NCBI GenBank assembly: GCA_039931555.1
Contig: JBDTRP010000116.1
Location: 45,128 to 109,127 of the forward strand
Reading direction: 5' to 3'
DNA: 64,000 nt
Origin: Ilumatobacteraceae bacterium
GTDB taxonomy: Bacteria > Actinomycetota > Acidimicrobiia > Acidimicrobiales > Ilumatobacteraceae
A model generated the notes under the pieces. It searched no databases. It saw only the letters and a program-made list of their open reading frames with translations, and had not been told where the DNA came from. How positions within the stretch are numbered: the stretch's first letter is position 1; every line of letters starts with the position of its first letter. Shown in pieces: positions 10,035 through 19,300 of the stretch. The position numbers and the translations under genes were made by a program.

Positions 10035-10745
10035 ATGCACGTTCGGATCGGCATCACCGCGCACCTCGAGCTCGTGCGCAACGACGACGGTGATGGTTCG
10101 TTGCACTACGCCGTCAGCGCGCCCTATGTGAAAGCGGTGCGCAAGGCGGGGGCGCTGCCGGTGCTGCTCCCCGTTGTCGAGCCCGCCGATGCGGCAGCGA
10201 TGCTCGAGATGGTCGATGCGTTGATCATCACCGGTGGAGGCGATGTCGACCCGACCAACTACGGTGCGGCGCCCGAGCCGTTGCTGGGCCCGACCGACCT
10301 CGTGCGTGACGCCGCCGACCTGGCCATCACTCGGGTAGCGGTCGAATCCAACACGCCAACGTTGGCGACGTGCCGTGGCATCCAGGTGCTGAATGTCGCC
10401 ATGGGCGGAACACTGAGGCAGCACGTCGACGAGCACATGCGCATCGACCTGTACAACCAGGACGTGCACGACGTCGAGATCGACCCTGCCTCGCGCCTGG
10501 CAACGATCCTCGGCACCGAGGCGTTGGGCGTCAACTCGATGCATCACCAAGTCATCGATCGGCTCGGGCTCGGAGTGCGCGCCGTTGCACACAATCGCGA
10601 CGGCCACATCGAGGCAATCGAGCTGGAGACGGCTCCCGCGGTGCTCGGCGTGCAGTGGCATCCCGAGCTGCTGCGGCACCGAAACGACCACCTCACGCTG
10701 TTCGAAGACCTCGTGCGCCAGGTGGTGGCGCGCCGTATCGATTGA
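10035..10745 (+). CDS. Gamma-glutamyl-gamma-aminobutyrate hydrolase family protein (class I GATase, peptidase C26, PuuD-like)
   Basis: The nucleophile context ATCRGIQVLNVAMGGTL and GVQWHPE are both typical of the C26/PuuD family. Confidence 0.85.
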   Translation: MHVRIGITAHLELVRNDDGDGSLHYAVSAPYVKAVRKAGALPVLLPVVEPADAAAMLEMVDALIITGGGDVDPTNYGAAPEPLLGPTDLVRDAADLAITRVAVESNTPTLATCRGIQVLNVAMGGTLRQHVDEHMRIDLYNQDVHDVEIDPASRLATILGTEALGVNSMHHQVIDRLGLGVRAVAHNRDGHIEAIELETAPAVLGVQWHPELLRHRNDHLTLFEDLVRQVVARRID

Positions 10746-10755
10746 GGCGTAGCGT

Positions 10756-11520
10756 TTGTTCGTGAGCTTCACCGTGGCAGCCGAATCGTACGACCGATTC
10801 ATGGGTCGATACTCGACACCGCTCGCCCCGCGGTTCGCCGATTTCGCCTCGATTGCGAGCGGCCAGCGGGTGCTCGACGTCGGCTGCGGGCCGGGCGCAC
10901 TGACCACCGAGCTAGTCGGTCGCGTGGGTCCCACAGCAGTGTGCGCTGTCGACCCGTCGGAGCCCTTCGTCACGGCGATGAAGGAGCGCCACCCGGCGGT
11001 CACCGTGCAGCGCTCCGCCGCTGAGCACCTCCCGTTCGGCGACGGCGAGTTCGACGCGGCCCTGGCACAGCTGGTCGCGCATTTCATGACGGACCCCGTC
11101 GCGGGAATTGGCGAGATGGCTCGGGTCACACGCAGCGGAGGTGTCGTGGCCGCCTGTGTCTGGGATCACGAGGGCGGCATGGGACCGCTGAGCGTGTTCT
11201 GGCAGGCGGCCCACCAACTCGACCCAGACGTCGAAGACGAAGCAGGAATGGCCGGTGCCCGCGAGGGTCACCTCGCGCAGCTCTTTCACGAGGCCGGGCT
11301 GGGCAACATCGAAGACACCGCGCTGTCGATCAGTGTCGAGCACCAGACCTTCGACGAGTGGTGGGAGCCGTACACGCTTGGCGTCGGCCCCGCCGGCAGC
11401 CACGTGACCGGTCTCGACAGCGCCCACCAGACCGAGCTTGGCGAGCTCTGCCGCACCTTGCTGCCGCAAGCACCATTCGTCGTCACGGCCCTGGCCTGGG
11501 CCGCGCGAGGCACCGCCTAG
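10756..11520 (+). CDS. Class I SAM-dependent methyltransferase
   Basis: Motif I is present (VLDVGCGPGALT). The TTG start at 10756 is per the ORF track; GTG 10762 is an alternative. Confidence 0.85.
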   Translation: MFVSFTVAAESYDRFMGRYSTPLAPRFADFASIASGQRVLDVGCGPGALTTELVGRVGPTAVCAVDPSEPFVTAMKERHPAVTVQRSAAEHLPFGDGEFDAALAQLVAHFMTDPVAGIGEMARVTRSGGVVAACVWDHEGGMGPLSVFWQAAHQLDPDVEDEAGMAGAREGHLAQLFHEAGLGNIEDTALSISVEHQTFDEWWEPYTLGVGPAGSHVTGLDSAHQTELGELCRTLLPQAPFVVTALAWAARGTA

Positions 11521-12242
11521 TTCAAGTTCGTATGAGCGACGAAGCGCGCGGCGACGTCGGCGTTGCCGACCACATCGCACGACGAGAGTGGGACCCGGCG
11601 CCACAACGCCAGCAGGAGGTCGCTGGCGGCACCGCGGATCGCGCAATCGCCCTTGGCGTGCTCCCGCGTGACGACGAAGCCGTCATGCCCGTCGCGAATG
11701 GTCCACTCCCCTGCGACGTCGGCACAGTGGAGGTGCACCGAACCGCCGACTGCCGAGGCGTCATCGGCGACATCACCGATGAAGTGGATCAAGAACTCGT
11801 CGATGCCATCGCTCGCCAGGCTGGCCTCGATCGGATTCACCATGTCGGCCGCGGCGGTTGCATCCCAGAGGTGCACGGATGTCTCGTGGGCCATGCGACG
11901 GATGACGAAGCCGGCCGTCTTGTCGTCCGACCACGTCCACACGGGCGTTGACGGGTCGGCTCGACGGAGCGCGGCGACCAGACCGGTCTGCCCGCGGCGA
12001 TAGAGGTCGGCGAGGCCCTCGTCAACCGGCCGCGGTGGTTGCTCGTAGCCCTTCGACGTGCTGCGCTCCTCGGCCACGATCGTTCGCCAGAAGTCGTGTA
12101 CCTCGGTGAGATGCCACAGCAGGTCGGCCACAGTCCACCCCGGGCACGAAGGCACCGGGATCGTCAGACCGGCAACCTCGCAGGCGTCGACGAACGCGGA
12201 TGCGTCGCGCTCGAGGGCGACGATGAACTCGTTGGCTTCCAT
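11517..12242 (-). CDS. Maleylpyruvate isomerase family mycothiol-dependent enzyme (DinB/MDMPI_N fold)
   Basis: The inner ATG of ORF 11517..12488 gives MEANEFIVALERDASAFVDACEVAGLTIPVPSCPGWTVADLLWHLTEVHDFW, a typical TIGR03083-like N-terminus. Its stop shares the CTAG tetranucleotide with the convergent methyltransferase stop. Confidence 0.8.
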   Translation of the reverse strand: MEANEFIVALERDASAFVDACEVAGLTIPVPSCPGWTVADLLWHLTEVHDFWRTIVAEERSTSKGYEQPPRPVDEGLADLYRRGQTGLVAALRRADPSTPVWTWSDDKTAGFVIRRMAHETSVHLWDATAAADMVNPIEASLASDGIDEFLIHFIGDVADDASAVGGSVHLHCADVAGEWTIRDGHDGFVVTREHAKGDCAIRGAASDLLLALWRRVPLSSCDVVGNADVAARFVAHTNLN

Positions 12243-12279
12243 CCCCGGATGGTGCCACATCGGGGCTACGGTCGACATC

Positions 12280-14277
12280 ATGAGCAGCGCTGACGACGAC
12301 TTGAGCACACACGCCCGGATTGCCGAGCGGATCATCGGCAACATCGTTCGTGCGACCGGGCTCGCTGTGTCGCCCGATGGAACCACTGTCGCCTTCGTCG
12401 TCAGCCGGGTCGACATGACCAAGAACAAGAACTTCTCGCAGGTCTGGCTAGCCGCGGCTGACGCCTCGACGCCGCCGAGACCAGTCACCGGCGGCGATCA
12501 CGACAGTGGTCCGGCGTGGAGCCCGGACGGGCGATCCCTGGCGTTCACCTCGAAGCGCGGCGCGAAGAGCGGGGAGACCACCCTGCACGTGTTGCCGGTC
12601 GCCACGCCCGGCGAGACGCGCACGGTCGCCACGATGAAAGACGGCGTCGGTGACGCCTGCTGGAGCCCTGACGGGCGCTGGATCGCCTTCACCAGCCGCA
12701 CGCCCGACGAGCGCTACGACGCCGTGGACGAGAGCTGGCAAGCGCCTCGCAAGATCGAACGGTTCTTCACCAAGCTCGACGATGAAGGCTGGATCTTCGA
12801 TCGACCGAAGCACATCTACGCCGTTGCCGCCGATGGAACCCAGGCGCCTCGCAACCTCACGCCGGGCGAGTTCCAGCACAGCTCGATCGCCTGGAAGTCC
12901 GACTCCAGCGGCGTGGTCGTCGCCTCCCAACGCCACGACACGTGGGATCTCGACTTCGCCACCGCCGTCTATTCCGTGTCGCTCGATGGCGTGATCACGG
13001 CCCTCTCCGCACTGTCGGGCAGCTACGACGCTCCCGCGGCCTCACCTGACGGTTCAAACGTGGCGTTCGTCGGGTTCGACGATTCACGGACGTATCCCCA
13101 GAACGCGCATGTTGGCGTCCTGCCGATCGGCGGCGGCGAGCATCGCTGGCTGACACGTCAACTGGATCGCACGTTCGAGCCGTCGATCGACACAAGGCTG
13201 CACTGGCTCGACGATTCGACGCTCTTGTCGGCTGCTGAGGATCGCGGCGAAACCCACCTGTACGAAGTCTCGCTCGATGCATCTGCACCGAAGCGGCTGA
13301 CCAACGGGCCAATCACCGTCAACTCGTTCGACACCGCAGGCGGCACGATCGCTTACGCTGCCGCAGCAGTCGACTCGGTCAGCGACATCTTCGTGCACCG
13401 CGACAACGAGCCGCTGCGACTGACTTCGTTCGCCGACAACTATCGCGCGTTGGCACAGCCGAGTTCGTGGGAGCGGTTCACGGTTCCGTGCACCGACGGC
13501 AGTGCCGAGATCGACGCGTGGATCATGCTGCCGGCCGGCTTCGACGCATCATCGCGGTACCCGGTGCTGCTCAACGTGCACGGCGGTCCGCATGCGCAAT
13601 ACGGCGAGACGTTCTTCGACGAGGCCCAGGTGCAGGCCGCAGCCGGGTTCGTCGTGATCATGAGCAATCCCCGCGGTGGCTCGGGTCGCGAGCAATCGTG
13701 GGGCCAGGCGATCCTCGGACCCAAGCACCACGTCGCGCCAGGAGCAGGCTGGGGGACGATCGATGTCGACGATGTGATGGCCGTGCTCGATGCCACGTTG
13801 CAGCGGTATCCGTTCTGCGACGAGTTGCGAGTTGGCATGATCGGGGGGAGCTACGGCGGCTTCATGGCCACCTGGTTGGCCGGCTGCCACGGCGACAGGT
13901 TCAAGGCCATCTGCAGCGAGCGAGCGGTCAACAACATGTTGACCGAGGAGTTCACCAGCGACATCGCCACCATCTTCCAGGTCGAAGTGGGTCCCAGCGT
14001 GATCGACGCGCCCGAGGAATACGTCCGCTTCTCGCCCATCCAGTTCGTTCGAGACATCGACGTGCCGATCTTGATCATCCACAGCGAGCAGGACTACCGC
14101 TGCCCTATCAGCCAGGCCGAGGAGTTGTTCGTCGCCATGCGCCTGCTTCGCAAGGACGTCACTTTCTACCGCTTCCCCGGCGAAGGTCACGAACTGTCAC
14201 GCAGTGGTTCGCCGCTCCACCGGCGACAGCGGGCCGAGATCATCCTCGACTTCTTCGCTCAGCACCTCACCTCGTAA
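12280..14277 (+). CDS. S9 family peptidase (prolyl oligopeptidase / acylaminoacyl-peptidase-like)
   Basis: Beta-propeller repeats (SPDG...) are followed by the catalytic Ser motif GGSYGGFMA. I set the start at ATG 12280 (MSSADDDL...). Confidence 0.9.
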   Translation: MSSADDDLSTHARIAERIIGNIVRATGLAVSPDGTTVAFVVSRVDMTKNKNFSQVWLAAADASTPPRPVTGGDHDSGPAWSPDGRSLAFTSKRGAKSGETTLHVLPVATPGETRTVATMKDGVGDACWSPDGRWIAFTSRTPDERYDAVDESWQAPRKIERFFTKLDDEGWIFDRPKHIYAVAADGTQAPRNLTPGEFQHSSIAWKSDSSGVVVASQRHDTWDLDFATAVYSVSLDGVITALSALSGSYDAPAASPDGSNVAFVGFDDSRTYPQNAHVGVLPIGGGEHRWLTRQLDRTFEPSIDTRLHWLDDSTLLSAAEDRGETHLYEVSLDASAPKRLTNGPITVNSFDTAGGTIAYAAAAVDSVSDIFVHRDNEPLRLTSFADNYRALAQPSSWERFTVPCTDGSAEIDAWIMLPAGFDASSRYPVLLNVHGGPHAQYGETFFDEAQVQAAAGFVVIMSNPRGGSGREQSWGQAILGPKHHVAPGAGWGTIDVDDVMAVLDATLQRYPFCDELRVGMIGGSYGGFMATWLAGCHGDRFKAICSERAVNNMLTEEFTSDIATIFQVEVGPSVIDAPEEYVRFSPIQFVRDIDVPILIIHSEQDYRCPISQAEELFVAMRLLRKDVTFYRFPGEGHELSRSGSPLHRRQRAEIILDFFAQHLTS

Positions 14278-14286
14278 CGCGCGGCC

Positions 14287-15054
14287 CTACTCGGCGTCGA
14301 TCCAGGCGTCGATCAGCTTGCGGGCGATGGAGATCGAAGGCGGGATCGCGGGCAACCCATCGCGGCGGAACCATTGTGCATCGACGATCTCGGTGGGATC
14401 GATGTCGATCTCGCCGGACTGCCACTCGGCGGTGAACCCGACCATCAGACTGTGCGGGAAGGGCCAGGGCTGACTCCCCCAATACCGCACGTTGCCGACC
14501 TCGACGCCGACCTCTTCGCGCACCTCGCGGACGACGGCTCCCTCCAACGACTCGCCGGGCTCGACGAAGCCGGCCAGGCAGCTGTACATCGGCCCCTGGA
14601 ACTGCACACCACGGGCCAGGAGCGCTTCGTCACCCCGTGTGACCAGGGTGATCATGGCCGGCGCAATTCGTGGGAATGCCAAGAGACCACAGACCGGGCA
14701 GCGCATCGCCCGCTCGCCGGACTGCTGCTCGGTCGGTGCACCGCACCGGCCGCAGAACCGATGGGTGCGCGCCCACTCGACGAGCTGCACCGCCCGACCG
14801 GCCACGAGCCATTCGACTTCGCTCGCCCGGCCGAAGTACGAGCGGAGGTCAACCGCTGCCCCGTCGGCGGGGTCGTGACCGTGCGGGACATCGACGCCCC
14901 AGCAGGCCTCGTCGTCGAGCATTCCGAGGAAATGGGCTGCCCAGTCATCGCTGTGGCGAACGTCGGTGACCCACACCGATGCACCGACAACATGGAAGTA
15001 GCGATGCACCGACACCGTCGGCGGGGCGGAGTGCGCTGGGGTGAAAGCCGGCAT
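14287..15054 (-). CDS. nudC: NAD(+) diphosphatase (NADH pyrophosphatase, Nudix)
   Basis: It has the zinc ribbon RFCGRCGAPTEQQSGERAMRCPVCG and the Nudix box GFVEPGESLEGAVVREVREEVGV. The start is at the inner ATG 15054. Confidence 0.85.
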   Translation of the reverse strand: MPAFTPAHSAPPTVSVHRYFHVVGASVWVTDVRHSDDWAAHFLGMLDDEACWGVDVPHGHDPADGAAVDLRSYFGRASEVEWLVAGRAVQLVEWARTHRFCGRCGAPTEQQSGERAMRCPVCGLLAFPRIAPAMITLVTRGDEALLARGVQFQGPMYSCLAGFVEPGESLEGAVVREVREEVGVEVGNVRYWGSQPWPFPHSLMVGFTAEWQSGEIDIDPTEIVDAQWFRRDGLPAIPPSISIARKLIDAWIDAE

Positions 15055-15124
15055 GACCTTCACCGTAGGTGCACTCGCGAATGATCCTCGAATGCCGCTG
15101 CCTACCGGCGATAGAACACGAGGA

Positions 15125-15625
15125 ATGCACAAGACGCTGCTCTGCATCGCGGTGGTCATCACCGCCTGTCGCTCCGGTTCACCGCCGACGCCCTCGACGC
15201 CGACGGTGCTCGGCATCAACGCGACCATGCTCAGGGTCATCGACGGTGACACGATCGACGTCACCATCGGCAGTCATCGTGAGCGTGTGCGCCTGATCGG
15301 CATCGACACGCCCGAGACCAAGAAGCCGAACACACCCGTGCAGTGCTACGGACCGGAGGCGACCGCGTTCACCAAGTCGTTGCTTCCGGTCGGCACCGGG
15401 CTGCACCTCGAACGCGACGTCGTGGCCCGCGACGATTTCGGGCGCATGCTGGCGTACGTGTACATCGCCGGCGACGGCACCTTCGCCAACATGGCGATCA
15501 TTCACGAGGGCTACGCGCGTCCGCTGATGATCGCACCCAACTCGGCCCACGCCGACGAGTTCGTCGCGGCGGCACGTGCGGCCGACGCCGACAACATCGG
15601 CCTGTGGGCCATGTGTTCGGGATAG
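15125..15625 (+). CDS. Thermonuclease (SNase) family lipoprotein
   Basis: MHKTLLCIAVVITAC is a lipobox. RVRLIGIDTPET... and YARPLMIAPN match the staphylococcal nuclease family. Confidence 0.85.
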   Translation: MHKTLLCIAVVITACRSGSPPTPSTPTVLGINATMLRVIDGDTIDVTIGSHRERVRLIGIDTPETKKPNTPVQCYGPEATAFTKSLLPVGTGLHLERDVVARDDFGRMLAYVYIAGDGTFANMAIIHEGYARPLMIAPNSAHADEFVAAARAADADNIGLWAMCSG

Positions 15626-15637
15626 CCTCCGCTGCTG

Positions 15638-16474
15638 ATGACCACGCTCGCCGAACGCCTGGGTTACGACGACGACGCCAAGCTGATCATCATCTCTTGC
15701 GACGATCTCGGCGCGTGTCACTCGGCCAACATCGGCGTCTACGACTCGCTGCGCCTCGGCGTGGCCACATGCGCGTCGATCATGGTTCCGGCTCCGTGGG
15801 CCAGGGACGCAGCGTTGCGCTACCTCCCCACCGACGACATCGGCGTGCACCTCACGCTGAACTGCGAGTACGAGGCATACCGCTTCGGGCCCATCACCCA
15901 CGCACCGTCGTTGCTCAGCGGCGAAGCCGGGTTCCCTCGTCACATCGGCGACCTGTGGGAGCACGCCGACACCGAAGAAGTACTGCGCGAGTGCCGGGCC
16001 CAGATCGAACGGGCGCTTGCGTGGGGCATCGATGTCACGCACCTCACGCCGCACCTCACCGCCATCACGCTGCGTCCGGAGTTCTTCGATTTGTACCTCG
16101 AGCTGGCCGTCGAGTTCCGCCTTCCGATCCGCTTGCCGTCGACGATCAGCGCCGATCAAGCCGGGTTCCCGTTCCGATCACTGGCCGCCGAGGAAGGGGT
16201 CGTCTTCCCCGATCACTTCAATCACGACTGGCGCGCCGGAAGCCGCGAGCGAGTGTACGAGCAAGTGCGCACCCTGCAGCGTGGGGTCACCGAGATCCAT
16301 GTGCAGCCGGCGATCGACACCCTCGAGGTCCGGGCGCTCACCGAAGCTGCCGCCGGCTGGATCGACGACTACGAGCTCGTCACCAGCGACGCGCAGCTTC
16401 CCAAGTTGCTCGCCAGCAGCGGAGCTACGCTGATCGGGTACCGCCAGCTCAGGGACGTGATGCGAGCCGGCTGA
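15638..16474 (+). CDS. ChbG/YdjC/HpnK family carbohydrate deacetylase
   Basis: The N-terminus ...LIIISCDDLGACHSANIGV (D-D-x-G) and ...HLTLNCEY... are typical of the YdjC-like family. Confidence 0.8.
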   Translation: MTTLAERLGYDDDAKLIIISCDDLGACHSANIGVYDSLRLGVATCASIMVPAPWARDAALRYLPTDDIGVHLTLNCEYEAYRFGPITHAPSLLSGEAGFPRHIGDLWEHADTEEVLRECRAQIERALAWGIDVTHLTPHLTAITLRPEFFDLYLELAVEFRLPIRLPSTISADQAGFPFRSLAAEEGVVFPDHFNHDWRAGSRERVYEQVRTLQRGVTEIHVQPAIDTLEVRALTEAAAGWIDDYELVTSDAQLPKLLASSGATLIGYRQLRDVMRAG

Positions 16475-16676
16475 TCACGGCCGAGGCGTCGCCACTGCGC
16501 AACACCTCGAACAGTGCAGCAGTCGATCCTGTCGATTTCAACTTGCCCTGCATGAACGCCACGGTGGGGTCGAGCCCTGCGTCGCTTGCAGCGATTGTCA
16601 CGACCACGTCGGCATCGCCGGGTCCGTCGATCGCCTCGTCGTTCTTGGCGAACGCCACTCGATATTGGATCGTCAT
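16449..16676 (-). CDS. SCP2 sterol-binding-domain small protein
   Basis: ...AFMQGKLKSTGSTAALFEVL is an SCP2 C-terminal signature. There is a 4-nt overlap with the mca stop. Confidence 0.7.
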   Translation of the reverse strand: MTIQYRVAFAKNDEAIDGPGDADVVVTIAASDAGLDPTVAFMQGKLKSTGSTAALFEVLRSGDASAVISRLASRP

Positions 16677-17581
16677 TTCGACACCGACGCCCGGATCCCG
16701 GCGAAGAGATCGGTCTCCAACGTCCCCTCAGGAGGGGTGCCGACCAACGAACGGGCGAGGATCCAGTCCTCCCACGGATAGACGTCGGCCAGTTCTTCGT
16801 CGGTCAGCCCGAACCACCACGGCTCGGTGGGGTCGACCTGCGTAGCGTGGGCCCGCAACGCGCCGCTGCGTGCCCACAAGAAGTTGCCGACATCGAGTCG
16901 CGTGGTGATTCGGTGGTCGTGGCCAGGCCGATCGAGCCATTCCTGATCGAAGGGCGATTCGCCGCGGAGCTCGACCATCGCCTCGTGTACGGCTGTCAGT
17001 CGCGCCTTTGCCCACACCGAGTAGTAGAGCTTCTGGGGCTGGTACGGCTCGCCGTGCTCGGGGTACCACGTCGGGTCGCCGGCGCGCTCCCACGCCAGCA
17101 CCGAGATGTCGTGCACCTTGACGTGGTCGGGATGCGGGTAGCCACTCTGGTCGTCGCCATAGGTGATGATCACATCGGCGCGCTGGGCGCGAATGATGGC
17201 GACCAACTTCCCGACGGCCTCGTCGATGGGCGCCTGGTGGAACGAGTCGGGATGCTCGTTCGGGTCGGTGTCGACCATCCCCGAGTCGCGGTAGCCGAGC
17301 ATCACGACCTCGTCGAAGCCGATGATCTCGGCGGCACGGGCGAGCTCGTCGGGGCGCAGTTCGACCAGCCGCTGCTTCTCTTCCTCCGGTGTCAGGCCGT
17401 GGAACGGCTGGCCGGGTTCGCGCAGCGCGGGGTTCTGCAGGTCGCCCTCTTCGCCGCCGGTAGCGCACACCAACACGGTGTGCACCCCTTCGGCTTTGTA
17501 CATCGCCATGGTCGGCGCGCCCTTCGACGCTTCGTCGTCGGGATGAGCATGCACGGTGAGCAGACAGAGCCGTTCCTTCAC
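16673..17581 (-). CDS. mca: Mycothiol conjugate amidase Mca (LmbE/PIG-L family)
   Basis: VKERLCLLTVHAHPDDEASKG..., GYPHPDH, ALRAHATQVDP and the C-terminal ...ETDLFAGI match Mca as I remember it from mycobacteria. I chose the GTG 17581 start to avoid overlap with the divergent gene. Confidence 0.9.
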   Translation of the reverse strand: MKERLCLLTVHAHPDDEASKGAPTMAMYKAEGVHTVLVCATGGEEGDLQNPALREPGQPFHGLTPEEEKQRLVELRPDELARAAEIIGFDEVVMLGYRDSGMVDTDPNEHPDSFHQAPIDEAVGKLVAIIRAQRADVIITYGDDQSGYPHPDHVKVHDISVLAWERAGDPTWYPEHGEPYQPQKLYYSVWAKARLTAVHEAMVELRGESPFDQEWLDRPGHDHRITTRLDVGNFLWARSGALRAHATQVDPTEPWWFGLTDEELADVYPWEDWILARSLVGTPPEGTLETDLFAGIRASVSK

Positions 17582-17627
17582 GGACGTGAACGCTATCCAG
17601 AGTGGCCGCCGCGTAGGCTCCATCGTC

Positions 17628-18332
17628 GTGCGACGCCTTGTAGTCCTTCCGCTCTCGCTGGCTGTGCTCGCCCTGATCGCGGCGGGCTGCCGGAACGATG
17701 GCCGCGAGATGCGCCCAGCGCTCCCCAGCCAGAACGGCAGCGTCAGCACGACAGCGCCGCCGACCGCACCCGACACCGAGAACGATTTCTTCGACACGGT
17801 TGCCCCCACTGATCCGGCGTCACCTGGCGGCAACGGAGCGCTGGCGACGACCGGCGCGACTGGCACCGGGCCGTCGACGCTGGCCCCGTTGGTCGCTGCA
17901 CTCACCGTCACGGCTCCATGGCGCAACGGCGGCCCGATCATCCCCAGGTACACGTGCAAGGGTGACAACGTGGCACCTGCGCTGAGTTGGACCGCTGCAC
18001 CGGAAGGCACGCAGGAGATCGCCGTCACCCTGATCGATCAGGACTTCGACTTCGATCACTGGACGGTGGCCGGCATCGGCCCCGACGTCACCTCGCTCGC
18101 CGAGAACACCACTCCGCCTGGCGCCGTCGCCGCGCTGAATGGCTCGGGCAAGACGGGCTACAGCGGCCCGTGCCCGCCAGCCGGCGCCACCCACACCTAC
18201 CGGATCACCGTGCACTACCTCCAGCGCGCGTTGCAGCTGACGGCCGGCGGCAAAGCGGCCGACATGCGTGCCGCCATCGACGCCGCCACCTTGGCATCCG
18301 CCCAAGTCACGGGCACCTTCACAGGCAGCTGA
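17628..18332 (+). CDS. YbhB/YbcL (PEBP/Raf-kinase-inhibitor-like) family lipoprotein
   Basis: Signal peptide plus lipobox LIAAGC. ...GYSGPCPPAGATHTYRITVHYL is the PEBP signature. The start is uncertain (GTG 17628 or 17556). Confidence 0.8.
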   Translation: MRRLVVLPLSLAVLALIAAGCRNDGREMRPALPSQNGSVSTTAPPTAPDTENDFFDTVAPTDPASPGGNGALATTGATGTGPSTLAPLVAALTVTAPWRNGGPIIPRYTCKGDNVAPALSWTAAPEGTQEIAVTLIDQDFDFDHWTVAGIGPDVTSLAENTTPPGAVAALNGSGKTGYSGPCPPAGATHTYRITVHYLQRALQLTAGGKAADMRAAIDAATLASAQVTGTFTGS

Positions 18333-18466
18333 GTACGGCAGCAACGTGTGACGGATGGACGAGGAGTTGGCACAACATCTTGTGTTCGCCGAGTGGTCAC
18401 ATCGACGCCCCGTCATCGTTGCTTGGACGCCCCGATCAGGCAGTTCGGAGCGGTCTCGTCCCGCGG

Positions 18467-18865
18467 TCACAACGCCAGGATGTCGATGTGGCAGCGAATG
18501 CCGGGCGCTCGCGCCAAGCGGGCGTCGGCCGAGACGAGCGGGCATGAAAGACCTTCGGCGAGCGCGACGTAGGTGGCGTCGTAGGGGGTCACGTTCGATC
18601 GGAGTTCGTAAGCCCGGATCATCAGTGGGCCCGTCGGGAAGCGGGCGATCGGTAGCGAGAGAAGGTCGACGACGGCTGATCGGAACCGTCGCGCCGTGAG
18701 GTCACCAGCACGCCAGCGTCTACGAAGTACCGAGACGGTCTCGACGTCGACGAGGTCCGGCGCAGACCATTGCGCTGCGGCGGCGACGCGAGCGCGGGCG
18801 GAGCGTCCGGCTGGCCCGTCATCGCCGACGACGTTGACGAGCACCGACGCGTCAATGACGATCAA
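18467..18865 (-). CDS. vapC: Type II toxin VapC (PIN domain ribonuclease)
   Basis: MIVIDASVLVNVV... is a PIN N-terminal acidic motif. 132 aa. There is an ATGA overlap with the upstream antitoxin gene. Confidence 0.85.
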   Translation of the reverse strand: MIVIDASVLVNVVGDDGPAGRSARARVAAAAQWSAPDLVDVETVSVLRRRWRAGDLTARRFRSAVVDLLSLPIARFPTGPLMIRAYELRSNVTPYDATYVALAEGLSCPLVSADARLARAPGIRCHIDILAL

Positions 18866-19092
18866 CGGGGGCTGCGCTCCTCGTCGAGGTCGGCGACGGC
18901 TCGGTCGAGCCCGATCCGGCCACCGTGCCGGCGGGAGATGCGTGAGAGCACGTCGTTCATCGTGGGCATCGACGCCAGCCGCGTGAGCTCGGTGGCGAGA
19001 TACTGCTGGAGGGACTGCCCGGCCGCTTCGGCGCGGCGCTGAAGACCTGCGTGCACTTCATCTGGGAGATTGCGTACCAGAACATTCGGCAT
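18862..19092 (-). CDS. vapB: Type II antitoxin (FitA/VapB-like, ribbon-helix-helix)
   Basis: MPNVLVRNLPDEVHAGLQRRAEAAGQSLQQYL is a typical RHH antitoxin N-terminus. 76 aa, directly upstream of vapC. Confidence 0.75.
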   Translation of the reverse strand: MPNVLVRNLPDEVHAGLQRRAEAAGQSLQQYLATELTRLASMPTMNDVLSRISRRHGGRIGLDRAVADLDEERSPR

Positions 19093-19179
19093 GCTTTCAT
19101 TCTGCTATCAACACGACAGCAACGCAACCCGCTTCCATCGCACCAGATCGCGGCAGTTCGGTACGCGCTCGGTCATCGA

Positions 19180-19230
19180 GGAAGTGCGTACTTTCGGCGC
19201 GCACTGTCTGCTCTGAAAGTACGCACTTCC
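19180..19230. repeat. Perfect 16-bp inverted repeat (GGAAGTGCGTACTTTC / GAAAGTACGCACTTCC), 19-nt spacer
   Basis: Read directly: left arm 19180-19195, right arm 19215-19230. It lies in a visibly lower-GC intergenic stretch upstream of vapB. Confidence 0.9.
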
Positions 19231-19254
19231 ACTGAAAACCATGCCATTCGTACG

Positions 19255-19300
19255 TTTGGGTAAGCGATAGCGCGATCGGTCGGGGAATCGCTTACCCAAA
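19255..19300. repeat. Perfect 14-bp inverted repeat (TTTGGGTAAGCGAT / ATCGCTTACCCAAA), 18-nt spacer
   Basis: Read directly: left arm 19255-19268, right arm 19287-19300. Confidence 0.9.

Noticed and set aside
18348-18699. Plus-strand ORFs (74-114 aa) downstream of the PEBP gene, overlapping vapC
   Set aside because: They are antisense to the PIN-domain gene, have Arg-rich composition and lack an RBS.
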